A DNA stretch of 64,000 bases from an uncultured virus (IMG/VR IMGVR_UViG_3300020577_012118) (taxonomy: Duplodnaviria; Heunggongvirae; Uroviricota; Caudoviricetes): IMG/VR virus record IMGVR_UViG_3300020577_012118; one strand, given 5' to 3'. This document shows, piece by piece, positions 9,096 through 17,973 of the stretch (the stretch's first letter is position 1; every line of letters begins with the position of its first letter). Made by a program: the position numbers and the translations under genes. The notes beneath the pieces were generated by a model. The model worked only from the letters and a program-made list of their open reading frames with translations. It was not told where the DNA came from and searched no databases.

Positions 9096-9371
9096 ATGTT
9101 CCGCTTTCTCATGATCGCCGCCGCCCTCGCGTTCCTCGCCCCCGCCGCCGACGCCTGCCACCGCGGCCGCGGTCTGTTCGGCCGCCGCGGCGGCTGCTCC
9201 GCCCAGGCCCAACCCCCGGCCCCGTCCTTCGGCGGGTGCGCCTCGTGCGGCACCGCGGCGGCCGCCTACCAGGCACCGCAGGCGGCCGCGACGTTCTACT
9301 CGCCGCCCGCCTCCGGGTGCCCGGGCGGCGTCTGTCCCGCCGCCCCGTCGTACCACGTGTTCGCCCGCTGA
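9096..9371 (+). CDS. Small secreted Cys/Gly-rich protein of planctomycete style
   Basis: Signal peptide MFRFLMIAAALAFLAPAADA; GLFGRR, CASCG, GCPGGVCP; AAGGAG RBS. Confidence 0.7.
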   Translation: MFRFLMIAAALAFLAPAADACHRGRGLFGRRGGCSAQAQPPAPSFGGCASCGTAAAAYQAPQAAATFYSPPASGCPGGVCPAAPSYHVFAR

Positions 9372-9376
9372 CCAAA

Positions 9377-9407
9377 GGCCCGGAGCGTTTCCGGGCCGCT
9401 TTCATTT
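9377..9407 (+). terminator. Intrinsic terminator-like hairpin
   Basis: GGCCCGGA / TCCGGGCC stem followed by GCTTTCATTT. Confidence 0.45.
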
Positions 9408-9422
9408 CAGGAGCCTAGCCTC

Positions 9423-9950
9423 ATGCCGAGCATTCCGACGCCGCCACCGAACCTCATCCCGTTCTTCGCGCAGTTCCTGGTCTGCGACAGCGACGGTGAC
9501 GTGCCGATCGCCAACATGGACCTCCAGGTCATCATCGACGACGTCCCGATCGGGACCGGGACGACCGACGCGGACGGCCTGGTCGCCTTCTTCTACCCGA
9601 GCATCCTCGAAGAGAACCCGCTCGCGCAGGGCATACCGTCCGAACCCAAGATCGAGCTTGGCCCGCCGATCCGCGGGAACGGCTCGATCGTCCAGGTCCT
9701 GCCGATCTCGATGCCGGTGTACAAGTACGTGGACGGGAAGTACAAGCTCGTGATGGAAGTGTCGGACATCGTCCTGACGAAGCGCGACATCGTGCCCCTC
9801 CCGCCGAACTGCCTCCCCTACCCGCGAGAGGTCCTGCCCCCGGGCGTCCTGCCGATGCCGGCGTGGGAGCCGCCGTCCCGGCCCGCCCGGATCCGCGTCT
9901 ATCCGACGGAAGTTGTCGGCGGCGACGGCGGCAGCGTCGGCGGCGAATAA
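9423..9950 (+). CDS. Hypothetical protein with prealbumin/Ig-like N-terminal motif
   Basis: DSDGDVPIAN...GTGTTDADGLVAF; AGGAG RBS. Confidence 0.55.
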   Translation: MPSIPTPPPNLIPFFAQFLVCDSDGDVPIANMDLQVIIDDVPIGTGTTDADGLVAFFYPSILEENPLAQGIPSEPKIELGPPIRGNGSIVQVLPISMPVYKYVDGKYKLVMEVSDIVLTKRDIVPLPPNCLPYPREVLPPGVLPMPAWEPPSRPARIRVYPTEVVGGDGGSVGGE

Positions 9951-9972
9951 CCGATCCAATATGGAACGATGG

Positions 9973-10000
9973 TTGACATCGACGTAGAACCGTCTATCTT
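9973..10000 (+). promoter_or_regulatory. sigma70-like promoter for recombination/replication operon
   Basis: TTGACA-N16-TATCTT. Confidence 0.55.
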
Positions 10001-10046
10001 GAGGGCGGGGGCACTCGCCCCCGCCCTCTACCATTCGGAGAACCCC

Positions 10047-11042
10047 ATGATCCGCGAGAAAGACGACCGGGCTCAGTTCCTCAAGGAGAGAAAGACGGCG
10101 ATCGGAGGGAGCGACGTTCCCGCCCTCCTGAACATGGCCCCCTACGGCTGCAAGCGCAGGCTCTGGTACGACAAGAAGAACATCAAGCCCGACTTCGCCC
10201 AGGTCTACAACAACCACATGAAGCGGGGCAACTACCTCGAAGACTTCGCGCTCGAATTCTTCGCGGAATCGGCCGCGGTCTCGATCTACCGGCCGGCCTG
10301 GAAGCTGCACGACCACGTGCCGTATTTCGGCTGCCACGCCGACGGCCTCATCGAGAACAACGGCGGATACCGCGACACCCTCCTCGAGGTCAAAATCCCC
10401 CAGGCCCGGGTGTTCTACGCCGTGCGCACGGCAACAGAGCCGCCTCTCGACGCCATGGTCCAGGCGATGTGGGGGGCCATGATCCACGGGGTGGACCAGA
10501 TCGCGGTGCAACTCTGGTCGCCGGACGCCTGGAACGACCGAAAATGGTTCCTACCGGTCGATAAGGCGATGATGGCCGACATCGCGGACATCGGCCACGG
10601 ATTCTGGACGGGGATGTATAAGGAGAAGGAGAACCCCTACCCGAAGCTGCCCATCACCGACAAGCGGTGCAAGACGTGCCAGTGGCGCAAGGCTTGTCAG
10701 GGGCTGGGGGCGGAGGCGGCCGACCCGGACTACGACCCGGAGGTCGAGGCGTCACGCCCCGAAATCGTTAAAGTGGTGGAGACCGAGAGCTTCAACGAAG
10801 CTGCGACCGACTTCCTAGCCGCCAGGAAAGCCAAGAAGGCGGCGGAGGAGGCGGAGAAGTTGGCCAAGGCCCGACTGGTGGGGATGTTCCCGCACCCGGG
10901 CGTCGTGGAGTGCGCGGCCGGAAAGGTGAGCCTCAAGGTGATCCGCCGGAAAGCGTACACGTCGGTTGTTCCGGAGACGACCTACGAACAGCTGACCGTC
11001 AAGCCAAAGGTCGAGGAGATCGATGATGTCGATGCCGAATGA
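10047..11042 (+). CDS. YqaJ-like viral recombinase exonuclease
   Basis: ERKTAIGGSDV, RGNYLED, HADGL, LLEVK motifs; extra Cys set (GCKR, CKTCQWRKAC). Confidence 0.85.
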   Translation: MIREKDDRAQFLKERKTAIGGSDVPALLNMAPYGCKRRLWYDKKNIKPDFAQVYNNHMKRGNYLEDFALEFFAESAAVSIYRPAWKLHDHVPYFGCHADGLIENNGGYRDTLLEVKIPQARVFYAVRTATEPPLDAMVQAMWGAMIHGVDQIAVQLWSPDAWNDRKWFLPVDKAMMADIADIGHGFWTGMYKEKENPYPKLPITDKRCKTCQWRKACQGLGAEAADPDYDPEVEASRPEIVKVVETESFNEAATDFLAARKAKKAAEEAEKLAKARLVGMFPHPGVVECAAGKVSLKVIRRKAYTSVVPETTYEQLTVKPKVEEIDDVDAE

Positions 11043-11445
11043 CGAGACAGAGGGCACGCAGGCCGTGGCCACGGCGGAGACCGCGCCGACGGACCAGGCG
11101 GAGAAGCCGGGCAGGCCGGCGAAGCAGCCGAAGCCTGCCAAGGCGGACAAGGACGCCGTCGCCCAGATGCCCCCGGAAGGGGCGAAGCCGCGCAAGGCCA
11201 CGGACGGCCTGGGCATAGGGCGGGTCGTCCACTACGTGCTCAAGGGCCAGGAGTCGGACGAAATACTCCACCGGCCCGGCATGGTGACGATGGTCGGCAA
11301 GGGCGGGAAGATCAGCCTGAACGTCTTCATCACCCGCGCCGACTTCCCCAAGAACGTCCACCCCGGCGCGGTCCTGATGCTGGACAACGTCGCCTACGAT
11401 GCCGACTGCAAGGAAGGCACCTGGCACTGGCCCGAGTCGGTTTGA
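11023..11445 (+). CDS. Conserved-looking phage hypothetical protein
   Basis: GIGRVVHYVL...RPGMVT...GTWHWP pattern; GAGGAG RBS. Confidence 0.65.
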   Translation: MMSMPNDETEGTQAVATAETAPTDQAEKPGRPAKQPKPAKADKDAVAQMPPEGAKPRKATDGLGIGRVVHYVLKGQESDEILHRPGMVTMVGKGGKISLNVFITRADFPKNVHPGAVLMLDNVAYDADCKEGTWHWPESV

Positions 11446-11504
11446 CGTGACAACCCGGGCGCGGCGGACATCCCGCCGCGCCCCTCTCTCGAACGGAGAA
11501 CCCC

Positions 11505-12497
11505 ATGTCGGACGAACACTACCCGGAAGACGAAGCCGTCGTCGAGTACACCCCGCCCAAGGGCCAGGTCGCGCCCAGGGACCCACTGCCGACGCGGACG
11601 ATCAACGTCCCCCAGCCCCAGTTCCCGGTGGCCGCGATCAGCGCCGCCGGGGCGAGCGTGATCGCGGAAAAGATCCAGATGTTGCAGATGCAGGCGACTC
11701 TCGCCATGCAGAACCCGCGGCACGAGGACACCGTCCTCGCCCGGGTGATGGACATCTGCCGGCGGAAGGAGTTCGCCGAGAAGGCCCTGTACTCGTTCCC
11801 CGTCTCCGGGGCGCGAGCGCCGGTCAGCGGCCCGTCGATCGTGATGGCCCGCGAACTGGCCAACGCGTGGGGGAACCTGATCTACGGCGTTCAGATCATC
11901 GAGGACACGCCCGAGAAGAGGACCATCAGGGCCTGGGCTCTCGACCTCGAACGCAACGTGCGCCCGGAGGACGACACCACCTTTTTCAAGGTCGTCGAGC
12001 GGAAGGTTTCCGGCAAGACGGTGTTCCGCGAGGCGAACGAGCGGGAGGTGCTGATGCTGCACAACGCGAACGCCTCGAAGGCGATCCGCAATCAGATCCT
12101 CAAGATGATCCCGGACCACATCAAGCGGATGGCCGTCGCGCTCGTCCGCAAGACGATGGTCGAGGAGATCACCGCCAACCCGGAAGTGTTCCGCGACAAA
12201 CTGATCGCCTCGTTCGGAACGCAGGGGATCCAGCCGAAGGACATCGAGGACATGATGGGCCGCCCCATCAAGGCCATGTCGGGCACGGCCGACGCGGTCT
12301 ACCTCCGCGGCGTTTACACCCGGCTCGTTGATGGCAGTGCCACGTGGCACGACATCCTCGCCGAGCGGGCGGAGGAACTGGGGCTGGAGGGTCCGCCGCC
12401 GCGCAACGCCAAGGACCTGCGCGAACAGGTCACCAAGATGGCCGGCGCGGCGAAGGACCCGGCGAAGAAGAAGGGGGCCGGCGATGCCACGGCGTGA
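11505..12497 (+). CDS. Probable single-strand annealing protein partner of YqaJ
   Basis: NPR...FAEKALYSFP...SGPSIVMARELANAWGNL...KAIRNQIL; position next to the exonuclease. Confidence 0.6.
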   Translation: MSDEHYPEDEAVVEYTPPKGQVAPRDPLPTRTINVPQPQFPVAAISAAGASVIAEKIQMLQMQATLAMQNPRHEDTVLARVMDICRRKEFAEKALYSFPVSGARAPVSGPSIVMARELANAWGNLIYGVQIIEDTPEKRTIRAWALDLERNVRPEDDTTFFKVVERKVSGKTVFREANEREVLMLHNANASKAIRNQILKMIPDHIKRMAVALVRKTMVEEITANPEVFRDKLIASFGTQGIQPKDIEDMMGRPIKAMSGTADAVYLRGVYTRLVDGSATWHDILAERAEELGLEGPPPRNAKDLREQVTKMAGAAKDPAKKKGAGDATA

Positions 12498-12792
12498 GAA
12501 GATCGACGTGACCCCGGAGGTCGAGGAGTGGCGGAAGGCGAACCCTATCCGCCTCTGGATCGACAGCCTCCCCGAAGGGGTCGGCTTCCGCAAGATCATC
12601 AAGGCGACCGGCGTCACCCGCTCCGGGGTCTACTGCTGGATGCACGGCAAAAGCCTCCCGCCGGCGGACACGCTCCTCGACCTCTGCACGATCATCGGCG
12701 TCGGCTACAGGACCTACATCCGGTGGTGGCGCGAGTACCCGAAACCCCAAGCATCGGCGACACCGGAGGCGCAGGGATGCGAGGCCAAGTAG
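12484..12792 (+). CDS. Cro/XRE-like HTH regulator
   Basis: IIKATGVTRSGVYCWMHGKSLPPADTLLDLCTIIGV. Confidence 0.7.
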   Translation: MPRREKIDVTPEVEEWRKANPIRLWIDSLPEGVGFRKIIKATGVTRSGVYCWMHGKSLPPADTLLDLCTIIGVGYRTYIRWWREYPKPQASATPEAQGCEAK

Positions 12793-13868
12793 CTTTCTCG
12801 TGGTTCGCCACCGACCCGCGGGTGGCGACACTCCCGGCCGCCGACGTCGGCGGCCTGGCGCTCCTCCTGGCTCACTGGTGGGCCGCGGGAAGCCTTCCGG
12901 CCGATGACGACTCGCTGGCCGCCCTGAGCCGCCTGGGGGCCGCCTGGGCGGGGTCGCGGCTGCGCTCCGTCCTGGCGACGTTCTTCGAGGCGGCCGGCGA
13001 CGCCCTGCGGTCGATCGACCTGGCCCCGGTCCGGGAGGCCGACGAGGCGGTCCGGGCCAAGCGCCGCAAGGCCGGCCAGGCGTCCGCCGCGGCCCGCTGT
13101 CGAACACCTGTTGAACACGTGTTGAACACGTGTTCAACAGGTGTTCAACACGTGTTCAACGGCGAGGCCAACGGCAGGACGAAGTCCAATGACGCCAACG
13201 ACTTGGGCCGCGAACGCCTGGCCATGGCCGCGGCCGCGGCGGAAGCCGCACGCATTCCCCCCCACACCCCCCTAATAGAGAGAGCTAAAAAGTGTCACTC
13301 TTCTCTCAAGGGGGGAGAGGGGGGAGACGACGGCCAGCTCGACCTCTTCGGGGGAGAACCGGAGCGTCCGCGGCCGAAGCCGAAGCGGTCCGCCGGGTCC
13401 CAGGAGCAACTCCGGGCGGCCGCCGACCTGGTGGACGATTACGTCGCCACCGTGGCCACGGCGCACCGGCGGACGCTCAACGCCGAACGCAACGTGGCCC
13501 ACTGGCTGGCCAAGGGCGTGCCGGCGGCCGACTTCAAGAAGGCGACACGCAACTACGCGGCCTACTGCGACCGGCTGGGCCGGGCGGCGCAGTACCGCAT
13601 GGCCCCGCACCGGTTCTTCGGCGTGAAAGACCCCGAGTTCCGATCGTTCCTCAAGGAGATCCCCGTCGATGCAACAAGTCAACCATTCGGCAACCCTGGC
13701 GGAAGTTCTCGCGTTCGCGACGAAAGAAACGACTACAGCGAGGTTGTCCGCGTTATCAAAGCAGACGTGGCGTTTGCGACTCCAGACGCCGCCGGCCATC
13801 ACGAAGCTCCCGCACGTGCCGAGGTCGATCCTGGAAATCCCTTCCGAATTGCGCGAGGTGCTGGCTGA
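12777..13868 (+). CDS. Replication initiator, DUF1376/YdaU-like
   Basis: GGLALLLAHWW.AGSLP.DD..LA.LSR...LATFF...RRKAGQASAAAR; internal iterons; followed by a DnaC-like gene. Confidence 0.75.
   Translation: MRGQVAFSWFATDPRVATLPAADVGGLALLLAHWWAAGSLPADDDSLAALSRLGAAWAGSRLRSVLATFFEAAGDALRSIDLAPVREADEAVRAKRRKAGQASAAARCRTPVEHVLNTCSTGVQHVFNGEANGRTKSNDANDLGRERLAMAAAAAEAARIPPHTPLIERAKKCHSSLKGGEGGDDGQLDLFGGEPERPRPKPKRSAGSQEQLRAAADLVDDYVATVATAHRRTLNAERNVAHWLAKGVPAADFKKATRNYAAYCDRLGRAAQYRMAPHRFFGVKDPEFRSFLKEIPVDATSQPFGNPGGSSRVRDERNDYSEVVRVIKADVAFATPDAAGHHEAPARAEVDPGNPFRIARGAG
13098..13163. repeat. Iteron array, probable replication origin
   Basis: Six 11-bp units TGTT(G/C)AACACG arranged around palindrome GTTGAACACGTGTTCAAC, inside the initiator gene; AT-richer tract at about 13270-13310. 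Confidence 0.75.
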
Positions 13869-14325
13869 GGTGACCGGCGGCAACGCGCCGTGGCCGCTCC
13901 TCATCGGCGGCTCCGTGGGCGTCGGCAAGACCTGCGCCGCCCTGGCCCTGTGCGACCACGTGGACGCGAGCCGCTACTGGACGCTCGAAGGGTTCTGCGA
14001 ACTGCTGAGGGACGCCCAGCACGGGCGGGCGTGGCAGACGCGCGGGACGGACCGGGTCCAGCTGTACCCGCACCTGATTTGGGACGAGGTGGCCAACACC
14101 CCGCTCTTGGTGATCGACGAGATCGGCTGCCGCGAGCGGGCCAGCGACCACGTCTACACGACCCTCCAGAAGATCCTCGACGCGCGGATGGGCCGGCCGA
14201 GCGTCCTGATCACCAACCTCCCGGCCGCCCAGCTGCGCACCCTCTTCGACGACCGGATCGTGTCGCGGCTGTTCTGCGGCACGGCGATCTACCTCGAAGG
14301 GAAGGACCGCCGCCTGGCGAGGTGA
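13669..14325 (+). CDS. DnaC/IstB-like AAA+ helicase loader
   Basis: Walker A GSVGVGKT, Walker B LLVIDEIG, ITNL, DRIVSRL, GKDRR. Confidence 0.85.
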   Translation: MQQVNHSATLAEVLAFATKETTTARLSALSKQTWRLRLQTPPAITKLPHVPRSILEIPSELREVLAEVTGGNAPWPLLIGGSVGVGKTCAALALCDHVDASRYWTLEGFCELLRDAQHGRAWQTRGTDRVQLYPHLIWDEVANTPLLVIDEIGCRERASDHVYTTLQKILDARMGRPSVLITNLPAAQLRTLFDDRIVSRLFCGTAIYLEGKDRRLAR

Positions 14326-14328
14326 CCC

Positions 14329-14544
14329 ATGCTCAGAGACCTGACGGCCGCGTTCGAGGATTACGCCTGGCACAAGGCTTACGCCGAGGAGGCGACGGCA
14401 GAGACCGGCGTGCGCCACGTCGTTGTCATCACGCCCGACCCGCTGCGCTACGACGCCGGCCAGTGCCTCCCCTACGTCGTCCGCATCGACGTGGCCAACG
14501 CTCACGAGAAAAAGAGTTACCTGGGGGCTGTGCCGACGGCCTGA
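14329..14544 (+). CDS. Hypothetical protein
   Basis: GAGGTG RBS, tight operon packing. Confidence 0.55.
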   Translation: MLRDLTAAFEDYAWHKAYAEEATAETGVRHVVVITPDPLRYDAGQCLPYVVRIDVANAHEKKSYLGAVPTA

Positions 14545-14554
14545 CCCTGATATA

Positions 14555-14568
14555 AAACGATGGACTAT
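14555..14568. promoter_or_regulatory. Copy of motif AAACGAYGGRCTAT
   Basis: Identical to 1771-1784 and 12/14 to 62168-62181; intergenic. Confidence 0.5.
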
Positions 14569-14584
14569 AACCCCGAAGACGCTC

Positions 14585-14860
14585 ATGAAGAACCCCGACA
14601 CCACCGACTTCGACAAGGCGAACATCGACAAGAGCCACTTCGGGCCGATGGCCCGCTACCGCCACCACGAGGGCGGGCTCTACACGGTCATCTGTGTCGC
14701 CGCCAGCAAGAAGTTCCCCGCGGACGTCGAGGTCGTCTACCGATCGCGGGAGACCGGGCTCGTCTGGAGGACGACCCCCGCCGACTGGTTCGGTTACGTC
14801 TCCGAAGGGGTGCGTCGCTACGCCCCGTGCGGCGAAGACGGAAAACCCTTCACCCGCTGA
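14585..14860 (+). CDS. DUF1653-like protein
   Basis: RYRHHEGGLYTV...VVYRS....VWR....WF...RRY. Confidence 0.65.
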   Translation: MKNPDTTDFDKANIDKSHFGPMARYRHHEGGLYTVICVAASKKFPADVEVVYRSRETGLVWRTTPADWFGYVSEGVRRYAPCGEDGKPFTR

Positions 14861-14872
14861 CGGAGGCGAGCG

Positions 14873-15070
14873 TTGTGCCAACCCAAACTCTGCGACGCCT
14901 GCGCCCGGATGCTGAGGCCCCGGCCGATCCGGGTCACCGTCGCGATGCAGTTCCTGCCCCCGTGCCGCCCTCGCCATTTCCCGATCGAATGGACGTTCTG
15001 CAACAAGATTTGCGCCGTCACCTTCTTGCAATCCCTGAAGGAAAAAGGGCTCGTCACATGGCCAGATTGA
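14873..15070 (+). CDS. Small Cys-containing hypothetical protein
   Basis: CDAC...CNKIC; GGAGG RBS. Confidence 0.45.
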   Translation: MCQPKLCDACARMLRPRPIRVTVAMQFLPPCRPRHFPIEWTFCNKICAVTFLQSLKEKGLVTWPD

Positions 15071-15741
15071 AGGCGGCCGCGGGCCGCAAGCCGCGCCTGC
15101 TCGACCTGTGCTGCGGCGCTGGCGGGGCGAGCGTCGGCTACGCCCTGGCCGGCTTCGACGTGACCGGCATCGACATCAAATACCAGGGCAACTACCCGTT
15201 CCGGTTCGTCATGCAGGATGCGCTCGATGCCGACCTCGAGGGGTTCGACGCCGTCCACGCCTCGCCGCCGTGCCAGTTCTACTCCGCCACCAGGAACGTC
15301 AACAGGCACAAGACGGACGACGACTACCAGGACCTGATCCCGGCCTTCCGGGCGAAGCTGAAGGCCTGGGGCGGCCCGTGGATCATCGAGAACGTCGAGG
15401 GGTCGAGCCTGAAGCCGGAAGCCTCGATCGTGCTGTGCGGGTCGAACTTCAACTTGAAGACGTACCGGCACCGCGTGTTCGAGTCGAACGTCTTCTTGAT
15501 GGCCCAGCCCCACTCGCCGCACCGCCACAAGATCGCCCGGAGGTCCAAGGACATCGAAGGCAACCCCGACGCCTACCTCAACCCCGTGGGGCACTACCCC
15601 TGCGTCAAGAGGCACGCCCAGGCCGTCGGGATCGATTGGCGGATGACCCGCGAGGAGCTTGCGCAGGCGATACCGCCCGCCTACACCCGCTACCTGGGTG
15701 CGCAGCTCCTGAACTTTCTTGCGAACAGGAGAGACCGATGA
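15058..15741 (+). CDS. C5 cytosine DNA methyltransferase (short phage type)
   Basis: LLDLCCGAGG, HASPPCQ, IIENV, RHRVFE, QAIPPAY. Confidence 0.85.
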   Translation: MARLKAAAGRKPRLLDLCCGAGGASVGYALAGFDVTGIDIKYQGNYPFRFVMQDALDADLEGFDAVHASPPCQFYSATRNVNRHKTDDDYQDLIPAFRAKLKAWGGPWIIENVEGSSLKPEASIVLCGSNFNLKTYRHRVFESNVFLMAQPHSPHRHKIARRSKDIEGNPDAYLNPVGHYPCVKRHAQAVGIDWRMTREELAQAIPPAYTRYLGAQLLNFLANRRDR

Positions 15742-16190
15742 AGAGTTGGTACGTGAATGCGTTGACCGTGGCCGCTTGCTTCCTGGCCATGTGCCTCATC
15801 ATCCGGGCGGACGGCGAGACGCCGCCGGCCGGGAAGCCGATCGGCTTCACGCCGAAGCTCGACGACGAGGACGCGAAGGGGAAGACGATCGAGGCCGACG
15901 TGATCCGCGCGAAGCGGATCGTGGTCAAGTCGGACGACGGCAAGGCCACGGTGTCGATCCAGCAGATCGGCACGAAGGGCGTCGGGCTGTGGGTCAGCGA
16001 CGAGAAGGGCTCCGTCTGCCTCGTGGCCGAAGGGCGGGCCGATGCGTCCCCCTACTTCGGAACGCACCCGGCGAAGAACGACGCCGGCGGCTGCCCCCTG
16101 GCGATCGGTGCCGACGGCACGATCCAGCTGGCCGCGAAGGGCTCCGTCAAGTTCCTCACGGTGGCCCAGCTGCTGAAGCTGGCCCGCTGA
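15738..16190 (+). CDS. Secreted/membrane-anchored beta-rich hypothetical protein
   Basis: Hydrophobic N-terminus; AGGAG RBS; ATGA overlap. Confidence 0.6.
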   Translation: MKSWYVNALTVAACFLAMCLIIRADGETPPAGKPIGFTPKLDDEDAKGKTIEADVIRAKRIVVKSDDGKATVSIQQIGTKGVGLWVSDEKGSVCLVAEGRADASPYFGTHPAKNDAGGCPLAIGADGTIQLAAKGSVKFLTVAQLLKLAR

Positions 16191-16251
16191 CCGCGGCGTC
16201 CCGGGCGGCCGCCGCGGTGGCGGCCGCCCTCACCTCCAACGGAGAAGATCG

Positions 16252-16614
16252 ATGGGCGAGTACATCAAGCCGAGCCTGGACCCCGAAAAGCCGAAGCTCG
16301 ACGGCCTGTTCAGCGACAACCCGGAAACCCCCGAGGGCAAGTACCTGATCCTGCGCCGCGACGGAACCGTCCCGCCGTGGCCCAGCTTCGTCCTGGGCGC
16401 TGGCGACAAGGCCGCCGACTGGACGCTGTGGTTCTACTCGTGGATGGCCTGGTGGTTTGGCATGGCCAAAGGCTACCGCCAGGCCGTCGCCCGCCGCGCG
16501 AAGAAGTTCACCGACTGGCGCAAACAGAACGGCCAGGGCGACCCCGACGCCGGCCGCCACCGCGTCGATGACCCGTGGGTGATCTCGAAGATGCGCGAAG
16601 GCCAGAGCAGCTGA
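16252..16614 (+). CDS. Hypothetical protein
   Basis: GKYLILRRDGTVPPWPSFVLGA; GGAG RBS. Confidence 0.6.
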   Translation: MGEYIKPSLDPEKPKLDGLFSDNPETPEGKYLILRRDGTVPPWPSFVLGAGDKAADWTLWFYSWMAWWFGMAKGYRQAVARRAKKFTDWRKQNGQGDPDAGRHRVDDPWVISKMREGQSS

Positions 16615-16635
16615 ACCGAACCCGAGGAACCTCTT

Positions 16636-17181
16636 ATGTCCGCACTCCTGTCCCTGGAAGATCACATCTTCCTCCTCGAAGCGCACGACGCGAAAGAGCA
16701 GAACCTGAAGGATCAGGTGTACGAGAAGATGCAGAGCCGCATCGAGTTCGATCCGGCCACGGAATGCTGCATCTACACCGGCAGCTGGGAAGCGAATGGC
16801 CAGGCGAAGATGCGGGTGAACAACCGCATCTACTGCGTCTCCCGCCTCGCCGCCTGGGTGTACTACCAGGGTTTCCAACTGTGGGGGAATAACCGGGCGG
16901 TCCGAACGTGCGACTCGCCCGCGTGCTGCAACCCGGAACACATCACGACGGTCCGGGGGCTCAAGGAGGCCCTGGCCGCCCAACGCGAGGCCGGACGATT
17001 CGGCGACGGCCCGGCCGTCCGCCTCACCCGCGCCCAGGCCACGGAGATGCGTCTTCTCTCAGGCCAGGGCGTCGGCAACGACGACCTCGCCGCCCGGTTC
17101 CGGGTCCGCATCCCCGCGGTCCGGGCCGTCCTTCTGAACCGAACCTGGGTCTGCCCGGATGTGCCTTCCGATGAGCGCTGA
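16636..17181 (+). CDS. HNH endonuclease-like protein with C-terminal HTH, possibly degenerate
   Basis: CCIYTG...SRLAAW...RTCDSPACCNPEHI; LAARFRV...VRAVLLNRTW. Confidence 0.7.
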   Translation: MSALLSLEDHIFLLEAHDAKEQNLKDQVYEKMQSRIEFDPATECCIYTGSWEANGQAKMRVNNRIYCVSRLAAWVYYQGFQLWGNNRAVRTCDSPACCNPEHITTVRGLKEALAAQREAGRFGDGPAVRLTRAQATEMRLLSGQGVGNDDLAARFRVRIPAVRAVLLNRTWVCPDVPSDER

Positions 17182-17416
17182 GAAGCCCGAATGTCTCGCC
17201 GGCCTTCGCTACATGAACATCGACGGAGTCGTGATCGGATCCTTCTCCCCCGACAACGAGGCCAATGAAAAGCCGACCGAGGTGCATATGCGCATCGAGT
17301 GCAACGGGCTGCCGTTCCCGATGATCATGCGGTTCAAGGGGACCGTCTCTCTCGACCAGATCATCGACGCGCTGACCAAGCATCGGGAAGACGTCTTCGG
17401 AAAAAGGGGACAATGA
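17171..17416 (+). CDS. Hypothetical protein
   Basis: Overlaps both neighbours in operon fashion. Confidence 0.55.
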   Translation: MSAEKPECLAGLRYMNIDGVVIGSFSPDNEANEKPTEVHMRIECNGLPFPMIMRFKGTVSLDQIIDALTKHREDVFGKRGQ

Positions 17417-17973
17417 TGATCCGCATCAGCGTTGCGATGTCCCCGGGCGGGGTCATCGGCGATAAGGGCACCCTGCCCTGGAACGTGCCCAGCGACCTCG
17501 CCAGGTTCCGCGTCAACACGATGGGGCGCGACCTCATCGTCGGCCGCAAGACGTGGGAAGCGGTAATGGCCTCGCGAAGTTGGAAGGGGGTCGGGGGACG
17601 CCGCATCCTCGTGCTGTCGCGATCCCAGTTCCCGCACATGCTGCAAAAGCCAGAGGACAACGCGCCCGTGTACAAGACGGTCGCCGACGGCCCTGACGAC
17701 CTGGTCGATGTGGTGAGCAACTCCTGCCATGGGGACGCTTGGGTGATCGGCGGGGCCGAGGTTTACAACCTGGCCCTGCCCGTGGCCGACGAGATCCACC
17801 TGACGACGGTGTTCAACCCGGCCCCGGGCGACACCGTCTGGCTCCCGCCGCACGTCCTACGCGTCCAGTCGGGGTTCGAGGTCGTCCACGAGACGACGCC
17901 GCGACGCCTCCCCGGAGACAGCGACGTCACGAGGTACTCGATCCTGCGGAGGAGGGTCAAGAATGCGTTATGA
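17413..17973 (+). CDS. folA: Dihydrofolate reductase
   Basis: VIGDKGTLPWNVPSDLARF, IVGRKTWE, GRRILVLSR, WVIGGAEVY, IHLT, GDT. Confidence 0.9.
   Translation: MMIRISVAMSPGGVIGDKGTLPWNVPSDLARFRVNTMGRDLIVGRKTWEAVMASRSWKGVGGRRILVLSRSQFPHMLQKPEDNAPVYKTVADGPDDLVDVVSNSCHGDAWVIGGAEVYNLALPVADEIHLTTVFNPAPGDTVWLPPHVLRVQSGFEVVHETTPRRLPGDSDVTRYSILRRRVKNAL

Noticed and set aside
10047..11042. Cas4 / CRISPR adaptation gene
   Set aside because: YqaJ N-terminal motifs, recombination-operon context, and no cas genes or array.
13098..13163. Short repeat array as a CRISPR array
   Set aside because: 11-bp units with no spacers, inside a coding sequence; fits iterons.
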